Shown here: one piece after another, positions 29,015 to 37,548 of the stretch | How positions within the stretch are numbered: the first letter of the stretch is position 1 | How the letters are laid out: the number at the start of each line of letters is the position of its first letter | Origin: an uncultured Acidobacteriota bacterium | Lineage (GTDB): Bacteria > Acidobacteriota > Thermoanaerobaculia > Multivoradales > UBA5704 | Length of the DNA: 64,000 bases | Assembly (NCBI GenBank): GCA_963770895.1 | Contig: CAVYRF010000001.1 | Location: 1,632,001-1,696,000 of the forward strand | Reading direction: 5' to 3' | The notes under the pieces: generated by a model | The model's database searches: none | Seen by the model: the letters and a program-made list of their open reading frames with translations, nothing else | Told to the model about the DNA's origin: nothing | Program-made: the position numbers and the translations under genes

Positions 29015-30205
29015 ATGGTGACTACAGTTGAAAGCAGTCTGGCGGAGGACGTTGCCGCCGTCGCCAGGATCGGCGCCGTGCCGATGATCCTCGACGTTGT
29101 CTGCCGCACCACCGGCATGGGTTTTTCCGCGGTGGCGCGCGTCACCGAGCAACACTGGGTGGCTTGCGCGGTGCGCGACGAAATCGCCTTCGGCCTGCAG
29201 CCGGGGGGCGAGCTCAAGGTCGAAACCACCATCTGCAACGAGATCCGCGCCACCGGCGAACTGGTGGCGATCGATCACGTGGCCGAGCACGAAACCTTCT
29301 ACCGCCACCCCACGCCGGCGATGTACGGTTTTCAGAGCTACATTTCAGTGCCCATCCTGCGCCCGGACGGGCGTTTCTTCGGCACTCTGTGCGCCATCGA
29401 CCCCAAGCCGGCGCGCCTGAACAATCCAGCCACGATCGGCATGTTCAAGCTGTTCGCCGACCTGATCGCGTTTCACCTGGACGCGCAGGACCGCCTGGCG
29501 GCGAGCGAATCGGCGCTGCACGACGAACTGCAGACCGCCGAGCTGCGCGAGCAGTTCATCGCCATCCTGGGGCACGATCTGCGCAACCCGCTGGCGGCGA
29601 TCGATGCCAGCGCCGCGGTGCTGATGGTCCTGCCGCTGGATCAGAAAGCCCTGCAGGTTGCGGCGCGGATCAAGCGCAGCGCCGGCCGCATGGCCGGCCT
29701 GATCGCCAACCTGGTCGACTTTGCGCGCGGCCGGCTGGGTGGCGGCCTGCCCCTGACGCGTACCCTCGCCACCGACCTGGCGGGCGTGCTGGAGCAGGTC
29801 GTCGCCGAGCTCCAGAGCACGTCGCCCGACCGCACGATCATCGCCAACTTCAGCCTGGGGCACCCGGTCTATTGCGACAGTGCACGCCTGGCGCAGCTGC
29901 TGTCGAACCTGCTTGCCAACGCCCTCTCCCACGGCGCGCCCGACCAGCCGGTGCGGGTGGAAGCCCACAGCGATCAGGAGGTTTTCCAGCTGTCCGTCGC
30001 CAATTCCGGCCAGCCCCTCCCGGAAAGCACCCTGGCCCACCTGTTCAAGCCGTTCGTGCGTGCCGGCGACCGCTCCAACCAGGGGCTTGGCCTGGGCCTC
30101 TACATCGCCTCGGAGATCGCCCGCGCCCACCAGGGCGAGCTGGACGTCACCTCCTCCGGCGATGAGACGCGTTTCACGTTCCGCATGCAGCAGCGCCGCG
30201 GCTGA
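29015..30205 (+). CDS. GAF-sensor histidine kinase
   Basis: GAF (TICNEIR, SYISVPI, GTLCAID), H-box GHDLRNPL, N-box NLLANA, GLGLGLYI. Confidence 0.95.
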   Translation: MVTTVESSLAEDVAAVARIGAVPMILDVVCRTTGMGFSAVARVTEQHWVACAVRDEIAFGLQPGGELKVETTICNEIRATGELVAIDHVAEHETFYRHPTPAMYGFQSYISVPILRPDGRFFGTLCAIDPKPARLNNPATIGMFKLFADLIAFHLDAQDRLAASESALHDELQTAELREQFIAILGHDLRNPLAAIDASAAVLMVLPLDQKALQVAARIKRSAGRMAGLIANLVDFARGRLGGGLPLTRTLATDLAGVLEQVVAELQSTSPDRTIIANFSLGHPVYCDSARLAQLLSNLLANALSHGAPDQPVRVEAHSDQEVFQLSVANSGQPLPESTLAHLFKPFVRAGDRSNQGLGLGLYIASEIARAHQGELDVTSSGDETRFTFRMQQRRG

Positions 30206-30270
30206 GCCGCCGCGCGCCACCCGGCGCGCAGCGGCCCCCGGCATGCCTCGCGCGCGCCGCTTGAGACGAG

Positions 30271-33177
30271 TTAGGTCTGCGGCGACGCCGGGGCGGCGGG
30301 AATCCCTTTGCTGCCGTGATCAACCTGCTTGTGCAGATCGGCTCTGACCTGCCAGTCACCGAGCGCGACGAATGCTGCCCAGTATGCCGGCGAGCTCCAT
30401 TCTGTCTCGTCGCGCAGCTCGCGCTGCGCATGGCGCAATGCGTCGGCAGCACGCCGGCCGTGCAGCAACAGGTGAGTGTAGAAGCGGCTCATCAGCTCGG
30501 CTGTGGCCCGGTCGTCGACCTCCCACAGACTCACCACAAGCTGGCTGGCGCCGGCGACGAAGAAGCCGTCGACAAGGCCGACCACCCCTTCACCGCGGAT
30601 CTGTTGGCCCAAAGCCGTTTGGCAGGCTGAAAGGACCACGAGATCGGCAGACAGCCGAAGGCCATAGAGGTCGCGGGAGCGCAGCAGACCGTCACGCGGC
30701 CGGCCGTCGGCCCGATAGAGGGAGAGGAGGAGGCCGGCAAGAGCCGGATCGTCGGCGTCCACCAGGGCATGAGAGGCGAAGTGCAGCAGGTGAAAACCAT
30801 CCAGGCTGCCGCCGGTCACCAGCTCGCGGGTGGCAGCGAAGCCGCTGACGACGGGCACCCCGGGCCGGCCTGCGATGTGGCTGGCAATCGCGGCAATCCG
30901 TCGAGCTTCATCGGCCGCACCGAGGAGGCGGCCAAAGTGCCCGCCGAGGGCTTGCCGGGTCCGTGCGAGAGCTCGGGCCGGATTGCCCAGGGCCTGACCG
31001 TTGGCCTTCGGCCCAGTGCCGAAGCGCGGGTCATCGGTCTCGAACACCGGGTCGGCCACAATTGCCAGCGGCCGCAGCGCCGGGCGCCGGGAGCGCCGAC
31101 GCTGGCGCAACTCGACCAGTGCCGAGGCGGACGGCAGGTGGACGACCTCGTGATCGTCCCCGAGGGCGCGGACAGCGCCAGCTTTTCCAGGCGACAGATA
31201 CAGCGCCGCGAATGGGATGAGATGCAGAGCGCCGTCAGGAATGATGGCAAGCCGAGCCTTCAGGGGAGAGCGAGCCAGAGGAACGAGCACCAGCTCTGAG
31301 AGGTACCGGCAAGCGGAGCGGGCGGCGCTGCGGAAACCGATTCTGTCGCTGAGCGGAAAGAGCCGATGTGCGCTCTGGGCAGCGGCTTCGATCTGAGGTC
31401 CGGCGACCAAGGGAAGAACGTCCACCCCTTGCGCGTCGATTCGCCACAGCCAGCTGCGCTTGGTGCCGAGGGAATAGGCAAGCAGCGTCGTCTTGCTGTC
31501 AAGCTGGGCGAGGATGGCGGCGAGCGTCGCCGGTTGGGCCAGCACCGGCTGAAGCCCGGCATTGCTCGCGTCAGATTCCTGCAGGAGCTCGAACTCGAAC
31601 CGCAGTCGGCGCAGGGTGGCCAGGCGCTGGAGGGCAGGCTCGGAAACTGGTCCCTGAGGTTCCTGGCGGAGGCTCAGATGGTAAATGGAAGAGTTTGTCC
31701 CCGCGGACCTTCCGGTTGTGGCCAAGGCCGCGGATTCGAGTTGCTCGATTTGCCGGCGCAGGAGCAGGCGGCGGGCCTCATCGGCTTGAGCCGGGAGGCC
31801 TGCTGAAGGTGCAGGCGCTGCCAGTAGATCGAGCAGAGACCGAGCACGGGCGCGCTCCGAGACCGCGAAGGCGCGCGCCGCCCAGAGCTGGTGATCGCCT
31901 CGGTTTGGCGCCTCCAGGGCGGCTTCCGCCATCAGGTCCACCAGCTCCCGGTACACGTCCTGCCATCCGCCGAGATAGGTGCCGCGAAGGGATGCCAGAT
32001 GGAGGCTGGAACGCGCCGACTCGACGACGTTCAGGGCGGCCTCGAGCACAGCGATCGCCTCGGTACGCGTGCCGCCGGCGCGCAGGGCCCGCGCCAACTC
32101 CAGGCGCGCCATGACCCGGCCCTCCTGGCCTCCCAGGGCTTCAAATTCCTCCACGGACTGACGAAGAATCGGCACGGCCTTGGCGATTTGCCCCTGGCAG
32201 CGCAGCACAGCCCCGAGGCCAAGGTGAAGGTACGCGGTATGGAAAGGCGACACACCTCCCTTGCGCTGCGATAGCGCCAGCGAGCGCTCCAGATCCTGCC
32301 GCGCCTCGCGGAGGCGGTCGAGGCGGCGGTAAAGCTGAGCCCGTTGTTCCAACGCGATGCACAAGTCGTAATCGGCATTGGCCGCAGTGAGGACCGACAG
32401 AGCATCATCGTAAGTTGTGAGGGCGGCGTCCGGCTGGCCGTCGAGGGCGAGCCCCCAGGCCAGGGAAGCCAGGCTCTGGCCAAGAGTGGTGGTGGCTCCG
32501 GAGCTCCGGTGCAAGGTGACCGCTCGGCGCAGCTCTTCGGCACCCTCACGCAGGCGACCGAGTTGCAACAGCAGCACTCCCCGATTGTGGAGCGCGGCGG
32601 CCTCTCCAGCGAGGTCGCCGAGGCCATGGCGAAGCGCGAAGCATCGGTCGTGAGCGTTGAGCGCCGCGGACGGCAGTCCGCGGGCGGCGAATCCGGCCCC
32701 CAGGTTGTTCCACGCGGTCGCCGCCACGGAAGGAAGACCCGCGGACTCCGCCAGCTCAAGGACCTGCCACTCAACCTGCTCGAGGCCGGCGAAGTCCCCG
32801 AGCTGGAAGAGGACTTCGCCCAGATCGTTCGAGGTCTCGGCGTGCTCCGGAATGCTGCCGTGTTCGGAGAAGGCCCCCCGCGCCTGCTCCAGGGCTCTTC
32901 GGGCCTCCTCCAGACGGCCCTGCCGTCGCAGGTCGAGCCCCAGGCGGCGCCGTGCCCGAGCCTGTTGCAGAGCCGGCGTAGAGCGCGCGTCGCCGGCACG
33001 AGCGGGCCACGTCGTCGGGGCCTCCCGCATCGCCTGGGAGGCCTCGCCTCGATCGCTCGCGGTTACCGGCACGGTCTCAGCTGCCGCTGGTAGCCGAGGA
33101 GTGTGAGCTGGGGAACCGCATCCGACCACGGCGACGGCAAGCCAGCTCACGGACAGCGGACATCGCTTGAGAGTCAC
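30271..33177 (-). CDS. TPR-CHAT protease, probable lipoprotein
   Basis: Lipobox-like AVVGC; TPR repeats; ERARARSLLD, IIPDGALH, LHFASH, LVVLSACQT, GEGVVGL, SLWEVDD, PAYWAAF. Confidence 0.92.
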   Translation of the reverse strand: MTLKRCPLSVSWLAVAVVGCGSPAHTPRLPAAAETVPVTASDRGEASQAMREAPTTWPARAGDARSTPALQQARARRRLGLDLRRQGRLEEARRALEQARGAFSEHGSIPEHAETSNDLGEVLFQLGDFAGLEQVEWQVLELAESAGLPSVAATAWNNLGAGFAARGLPSAALNAHDRCFALRHGLGDLAGEAAALHNRGVLLLQLGRLREGAEELRRAVTLHRSSGATTTLGQSLASLAWGLALDGQPDAALTTYDDALSVLTAANADYDLCIALEQRAQLYRRLDRLREARQDLERSLALSQRKGGVSPFHTAYLHLGLGAVLRCQGQIAKAVPILRQSVEEFEALGGQEGRVMARLELARALRAGGTRTEAIAVLEAALNVVESARSSLHLASLRGTYLGGWQDVYRELVDLMAEAALEAPNRGDHQLWAARAFAVSERARARSLLDLLAAPAPSAGLPAQADEARRLLLRRQIEQLESAALATTGRSAGTNSSIYHLSLRQEPQGPVSEPALQRLATLRRLRFEFELLQESDASNAGLQPVLAQPATLAAILAQLDSKTTLLAYSLGTKRSWLWRIDAQGVDVLPLVAGPQIEAAAQSAHRLFPLSDRIGFRSAARSACRYLSELVLVPLARSPLKARLAIIPDGALHLIPFAALYLSPGKAGAVRALGDDHEVVHLPSASALVELRQRRRSRRPALRPLAIVADPVFETDDPRFGTGPKANGQALGNPARALARTRQALGGHFGRLLGAADEARRIAAIASHIAGRPGVPVVSGFAATRELVTGGSLDGFHLLHFASHALVDADDPALAGLLLSLYRADGRPRDGLLRSRDLYGLRLSADLVVLSACQTALGQQIRGEGVVGLVDGFFVAGASQLVVSLWEVDDRATAELMSRFYTHLLLHGRRAADALRHAQRELRDETEWSSPAYWAAFVALGDWQVRADLHKQVDHGSKGIPAAPASPQT

Positions 33178-33965
33178 CGGTCGAGCTCCACCTCCAACCG
33201 GAAGCTTGCCACCGTCTTGCCGGCGCGGTCTCTGACAAGAAGCTGGTGAGGTCCCTCTGCCAGGTGATCCCGGGGTAGGAACAGCACGAAGACGCCTCCT
33301 TCGCCGGGCATGAGGCCCTGCGACCGGAAGACCTCCGTGTGGCCGCGCCGGATCTCCAGATCGTAGGGCCCGGAGTCCAGCGTGACACCCGGCGCCGCCA
33401 GGGTGAGGACAATTCCTCTGGTGGCGGCAGGAACGACCGTGCGCTCACCGCCGCGCATTACGTCCGTCGCGGTGTCCGAGAGAGCCAGCAGCTCGACGAT
33501 CGGCAGGTTGATTTCGACGGCTCCCCGGGGAGACCCTGGGACGGCGTGGGGGCGCATCTGTCCGACCGCAAGGGCCAGGGCCACTCCTGCAGCGAATGAG
33601 GCCGTGATGGGTAGCCAAGCCCGAGCAAAGGAGCGTCGCGGCTGCGGGGACGGCTCGGCCGCCACCTGGACTCCGGGCAGAATTCCTTCCGCCTGCAGCC
33701 GTGTCCGCATGGCCTGCCAGCGCCGGTCCAGGCCGGCATCGTTCTCGAATGGCGCCTGGCGATCCGCCGGGTCGGGGAAGCGCATCAAGTCGAAGAGCTC
33801 GCTCGCCACGCCGGGGTCCCACGCAGCACGTTCGAGCAGACGCTCGCGCTCGGCTGCGGACAGCTCGCCGGCGTGCAGAGCGATCATCTGGTCGGTTGAC
33901 GGCCGCTCGCCCAACGCTTGCCGGCGCTCGCCAATGATCTCCGCTAGGGTCGTTTTCCAGTCCAT
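33174..33965 (-). CDS. Putative anti-sigma factor (degenerate ZAS region, one TM, periplasmic beta domain)
   Basis: Directly downstream of ECF sigma; LHAGELSAAERERL anti-sigma-like helix; TM WLPITASFAAGVALALAV; GTGA overlap with the CHAT gene. Confidence 0.78.
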   Translation of the reverse strand: MDWKTTLAEIIGERRQALGERPSTDQMIALHAGELSAAERERLLERAAWDPGVASELFDLMRFPDPADRQAPFENDAGLDRRWQAMRTRLQAEGILPGVQVAAEPSPQPRRSFARAWLPITASFAAGVALALAVGQMRPHAVPGSPRGAVEINLPIVELLALSDTATDVMRGGERTVVPAATRGIVLTLAAPGVTLDSGPYDLEIRRGHTEVFRSQGLMPGEGGVFVLFLPRDHLAEGPHQLLVRDRAGKTVASFRLEVELDR

Positions 33966-33979
33966 GGCGCGGCTCTCCT

Positions 33980-34642
33980 TCAACGCAGCAGAAGGACCAT
34001 GATGACCGACAGGACGAAGAGCTCGATCAGTGGATCCAGATTCCGCAGGCGCTGGCGGCCCAACTGGACCTGCTTCTTCACGGTGGCGACAGAAACGCCC
34101 TGCGCCTGGGCGATCTCGTCGATCTTGTAGCCGTACGATTGGAAGAGCACGCACTGGCGCATGCGCTGTGGCAGCTCGTCCAGGGCCGCCCCCAGGTACC
34201 GGCGGCGCTCCGCCGCGAGGGTCAGCTCCAGGGGACTCTTGCCCGGGGCGGCGGGTTCGGCCACGGCCGGTCCGGAGTCGTCGTTCGGCGTCAGGATGTC
34301 GTCCAGAGGGAGCGGGTGGACGGCACTTCTCGAGCGCAAGAAGTTCTTCCAAGTGTTGGACATGATGAACAGAATCCAGGTGTCGAACGACGAGTCGAAG
34401 CGAAAGGACCCGATACCCCGAAAGACCCGCAACAGGATCTCCTGCACCAGGTCATCGACCTCCGACTCTGGGCACCGCCGGATCAGCAGGAGCTTCCTGA
34501 GGGCCGGCTCGTACTCGCGGAAGAGTCGTTCGTAGCACTCCGCGAGCCGGTCTCCGCGCTGGATCTGGCGCACCAGGTCAGGCACCCAGGTCCGATTCCT
34601 GCGCTCTCGCGGTGCCTTTGCGGCGGCGGGCTCCGTGCTCAT
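33980..34642 (-). CDS. ECF sigma-70 factor
   Basis: DDLVQEILL, FRFDSSFDTW, LDELPQRMRQC, IDEIA...SVATVK; RBS GAGGGAGG. Confidence 0.92.
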   Translation of the reverse strand: MSTEPAAAKAPRERRNRTWVPDLVRQIQRGDRLAECYERLFREYEPALRKLLLIRRCPESEVDDLVQEILLRVFRGIGSFRFDSSFDTWILFIMSNTWKNFLRSRSAVHPLPLDDILTPNDDSGPAVAEPAAPGKSPLELTLAAERRRYLGAALDELPQRMRQCVLFQSYGYKIDEIAQAQGVSVATVKKQVQLGRQRLRNLDPLIELFVLSVIMVLLLR

Positions 34643-35013
34643 GCCTCCCTCGAATGGCGGACGGATTGCCACCATAGTCTACTCCGTCCTGTCGCCCGCC
34701 GAGGCCACACGGATACTCCCTTTTCCTCGCGGCTGGGTCTATCCAGGAAATCCCGCGTAGTACGCGGGTCGCCACCCGAGACCGGTTGGCGAACCTGGAG
34801 GCTGCCATGCCAAAGAGCACCGACCTTTCCGAGGCCAGCATCGAAATCCTGAAGGAGGGGGTCGCCGAAGACGTCCAGAAACCCGCCGGCCGTTGCGACA
34901 AGCGCGAGGAGCCCGCTCAGCCGCCCGATCCAACCGCCGAGGCGACGCGAAGCGCCGGCTGAAGGAGGCTTCCTCCGACGATCTGCGGCCTTCACCGCGG
35001 CGACCGTCCTCAT
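34639..35013 (-). CDS. Small putative membrane protein coupled to the ECF sigma gene
   Basis: Hydrophobic segment LSGLLALVATAGGFL; ATGA overlap with the sigma start. Confidence 0.5.
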   Translation of the reverse strand: MRTVAAVKAADRRRKPPSAGASRRLGGWIGRLSGLLALVATAGGFLDVFGDPLLQDFDAGLGKVGALWHGSLQVRQPVSGGDPRTTRDFLDRPSREEKGVSVWPRRATGRSRLWWQSVRHSREA

Positions 35014-35037
35014 TGGACCTATAGGGAGATCCATACT

Positions 35038-35823
35038 TTGGACGCCTGCATCAGGATCCTGTTTCTGGCAGCCGATCCCAGCGATCTGACGCGAACCCGC
35101 CTCGCGGCGGAGTATCAGGTGATCAGGAACGAGCTGGAAAAAGGCAAGCTGGCCCGTCGCTTCGAGCTTCACCCAGAGTTCAGTGTCAAGGTTTCCGATA
35201 TGACCAGGGCGGTGTTGAATTTACGTCCGCACATCGTCCAGTTTTCCGGACATGGATCGATGAGCGGCGACTTGTGTTTCGAGGAGCCGGCGGCGACAGC
35301 GAAAAGAGTCAAGCCCGAGAATCTTGCAGGGTTTTTCGCCCTGCTTGCCGGGCGCGTCGATTGCGTGGTGCTCAACGCCTGCTACTCAGATCAGCAAGCG
35401 GCCTTGATCGCAAAGTATATTCCTTTCGTTGTGGGGTGGACCGAAGTGCTGACAGAGAAGGCGGCAATCTGCTTCTCTCGCGGCTTCTATCAGTCGCTCA
35501 GTGCCGGAGAGAAGATCGCGGGTGCCTTCAACGTCGCCAGGGCGCTGCTCCAAGCAGAGGAGCTCCTGGGCCAGGCCGAACCGGTCCTCAAGGTGGGTCC
35601 AGGTGCTGCAGAGCCGCTTGCCGGACCGTGGGGAGACTCTATGGAATCCGACGTACCTGCACCAGGTAGCCAGCCAGCCGACGGGAACAAGGCTGGCACG
35701 CAGACCGGGGTCAATTTTAACGCCAAGCGAGATCTCATAGTTAATGGTGGCGTCCATATTAGACCAGGCACCCCTCCCCGAAGAGCAAGAGAACCCCCGG
35801 GAAGCCGGAAAGGCTACGGGTAA
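35038..35823 (+). CDS. CHAT-domain protein, no TPR (possibly the 5' part of a frameshifted gene)
   Basis: ILFLAADP, HIVQFSGHG, VVLNACYS, FSRGFY; RBS AGGGAG with TTG start. Confidence 0.85.
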   Translation: MDACIRILFLAADPSDLTRTRLAAEYQVIRNELEKGKLARRFELHPEFSVKVSDMTRAVLNLRPHIVQFSGHGSMSGDLCFEEPAATAKRVKPENLAGFFALLAGRVDCVVLNACYSDQQAALIAKYIPFVVGWTEVLTEKAAICFSRGFYQSLSAGEKIAGAFNVARALLQAEELLGQAEPVLKVGPGAAEPLAGPWGDSMESDVPAPGSQPADGNKAGTQTGVNFNAKRDLIVNGGVHIRPGTPPRRAREPPGSRKGYG

Positions 35824-36373
35824 AATCTGGATCCTGCTCGTTCTCCTTGCGCTCGTAGTCGTGCTCGCACTGGTGGTTGTGCTCGCCATTGTTGCGGTTT
35901 CTCGCGATGGACCAGACGGAGGGCCTCTTGTGCCAAGAGAAATCACCTTGGGTAGCGACCGCACTAAAAATCACCTCGGCATTGTGGAGGCCCCGCGGGT
36001 CCCGCCCGTTTCAGTAAGCGCCGCGATCCTCCAAGCTGGAGCATCCATCCATCTCCTGGCAGCGTCGCTCCAGTCAGACGGGCAACTCCAGATTCGTGGA
36101 CAGGTGCGCCTCGCGGACCTGGGTGATCAGGAGAACCTGCGGAATTACCGTCGGAACCTTGAGGTGCAAGTGACGCTGGGTGATGGCTCCGCCGGCTCAT
36201 CTTTGATCGACGCCGAGAGTGGCGTTTGGCAGGTGAATCTCAGGCCGGCTCACCCCCTCAAGGCCGGGGAGTCGTTGCAAGTCAAGGTGGAGCTATTCGG
36301 CGAGCGAGGGAAACCGGCGCTTGACCATAGCGATGCGACCATCGACGTCGGTGCGTCGGAACCACCCTTATGA
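35744..36373 (+). CDS. Single-pass membrane protein with extracytoplasmic Ig-like domain (possibly the 3' part of the CHAT gene)
   Basis: Long hydrophobic run IWILLVLLALVVVLALVVVLAIVAV; beta-rich remainder; no clear RBS. Confidence 0.65.
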   Translation: MVASILDQAPLPEEQENPREAGKATGKIWILLVLLALVVVLALVVVLAIVAVSRDGPDGGPLVPREITLGSDRTKNHLGIVEAPRVPPVSVSAAILQAGASIHLLAASLQSDGQLQIRGQVRLADLGDQENLRNYRRNLEVQVTLGDGSAGSSLIDAESGVWQVNLRPAHPLKAGESLQVKVELFGERGKPALDHSDATIDVGASEPPL

Positions 36374-37548
36374 GCATCGAAGATCTCTCATCGCTGCCGC
36401 CGCAAGCCGTTGTATTGAGTCCACCACCCGGCAACGACGGCTGCCCTGCCGGGACGGATGCCCTGGGAGAGAGTGCGGAGGGCGCAGAGCAGCCGGCGGA
36501 GCTCAAGGTGTCGAGAATCCGAGTCCCGCAGCCTCCCCGCCTCTCGTTGCCGGAATTGGATCACCAGTTCATCGAGACCTGCCTCCATCTGGAAGATTGC
36601 GAGCCCCGGGTGGCTACCCATCATCGCAGCCTGTTCCTTTCGTGGTACGGAGGTGACGTCGAGCAGGCGGTGCAGGCCCGCGACCTGCTCGAACGTCACG
36701 TCGGGAGGTTGGAGGGGAAGATCAAGCTCCTCTCCAGACGGATGCTCAGGACCGATGAGCTATTGAGTGAGGAACAGAAGGCGGCGGCAGGGGCCGACAG
36801 GGCCGCGTGGACCAAGCTCGACGTCGCCACCGCGGCCGGGCTGGGTGTGTTCTCCCTGATCCTCCTGGGCATGGGGATGAACACGCTGGCGACCTATCTG
36901 ATGGACTCCGGTTTCATCATCTTCGTGGAGCGCCCCGCCCTGGCCTACCTGCTCTCCGCGGTCAATGTGGGCCTGGCAGTTCTGCTCAAGGTGGGCTCCT
37001 CCTGGTGCAGAGACGACGCCACCAGGCATCGGTACTTCGTCTGGCTGTGGCGTCTGGGATTGATCAGCGGAGCCCTCTGGCTCATCACGTTCGCCATCAT
37101 CTTTCCTGATATCAAGGCGCGGGGCGTGGACGAAGTCATTGCCAACCTGAGCGAGAAGAGCGCGCTGAAGGAAAGCCTTCTGGAGGATGTGTTCGTCTGC
37201 TCGCAGCTGGTCTGTGAAATCTGCATCTCCGCGGCGCTGTGGATGCACCTTGAGCGGTTGGCCCGCGCCCATGCACCCGCGCTGGTCATGGTGAGCAACC
37301 CGGAGCACCGCGGATACCGGAAGCTCTTGTCGGAGTGCAACGAGAGCCTGCGTGCCGCCGTGGAGAAGAGGGCGGCGCTGGAGGGCTGGCTCAAAGCGCT
37401 CCGCGCCTGCGAGTCCGCCTACGTTTCCAAGGCGATCTCCGCCGCGACGGCTGGGCTGGTCTCCCGCCAGGCCGGGCGTTACGGGTTGGATGGAAAAAAC
37501 GGTGCCGGACGGTTCCACAACGACGTCGGAAGCGAGGACTCACAATGA
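36370..37548 (+). CDS. Multi-pass membrane protein flanked by coiled coils
   Basis: About 4 hydrophobic segments; ATGA coupling at both ends. Confidence 0.75.
   Translation: MSIEDLSSLPPQAVVLSPPPGNDGCPAGTDALGESAEGAEQPAELKVSRIRVPQPPRLSLPELDHQFIETCLHLEDCEPRVATHHRSLFLSWYGGDVEQAVQARDLLERHVGRLEGKIKLLSRRMLRTDELLSEEQKAAAGADRAAWTKLDVATAAGLGVFSLILLGMGMNTLATYLMDSGFIIFVERPALAYLLSAVNVGLAVLLKVGSSWCRDDATRHRYFVWLWRLGLISGALWLITFAIIFPDIKARGVDEVIANLSEKSALKESLLEDVFVCSQLVCEICISAALWMHLERLARAHAPALVMVSNPEHRGYRKLLSECNESLRAAVEKRAALEGWLKALRACESAYVSKAISAATAGLVSRQAGRYGLDGKNGAGRFHNDVGSEDSQ

Noticed and set aside
5330-35823. CHAT proteases as part of a CRISPR type III-E/Craspase locus
   Set aside because: No Cas7-11, other cas genes or repeat-spacer array in the window
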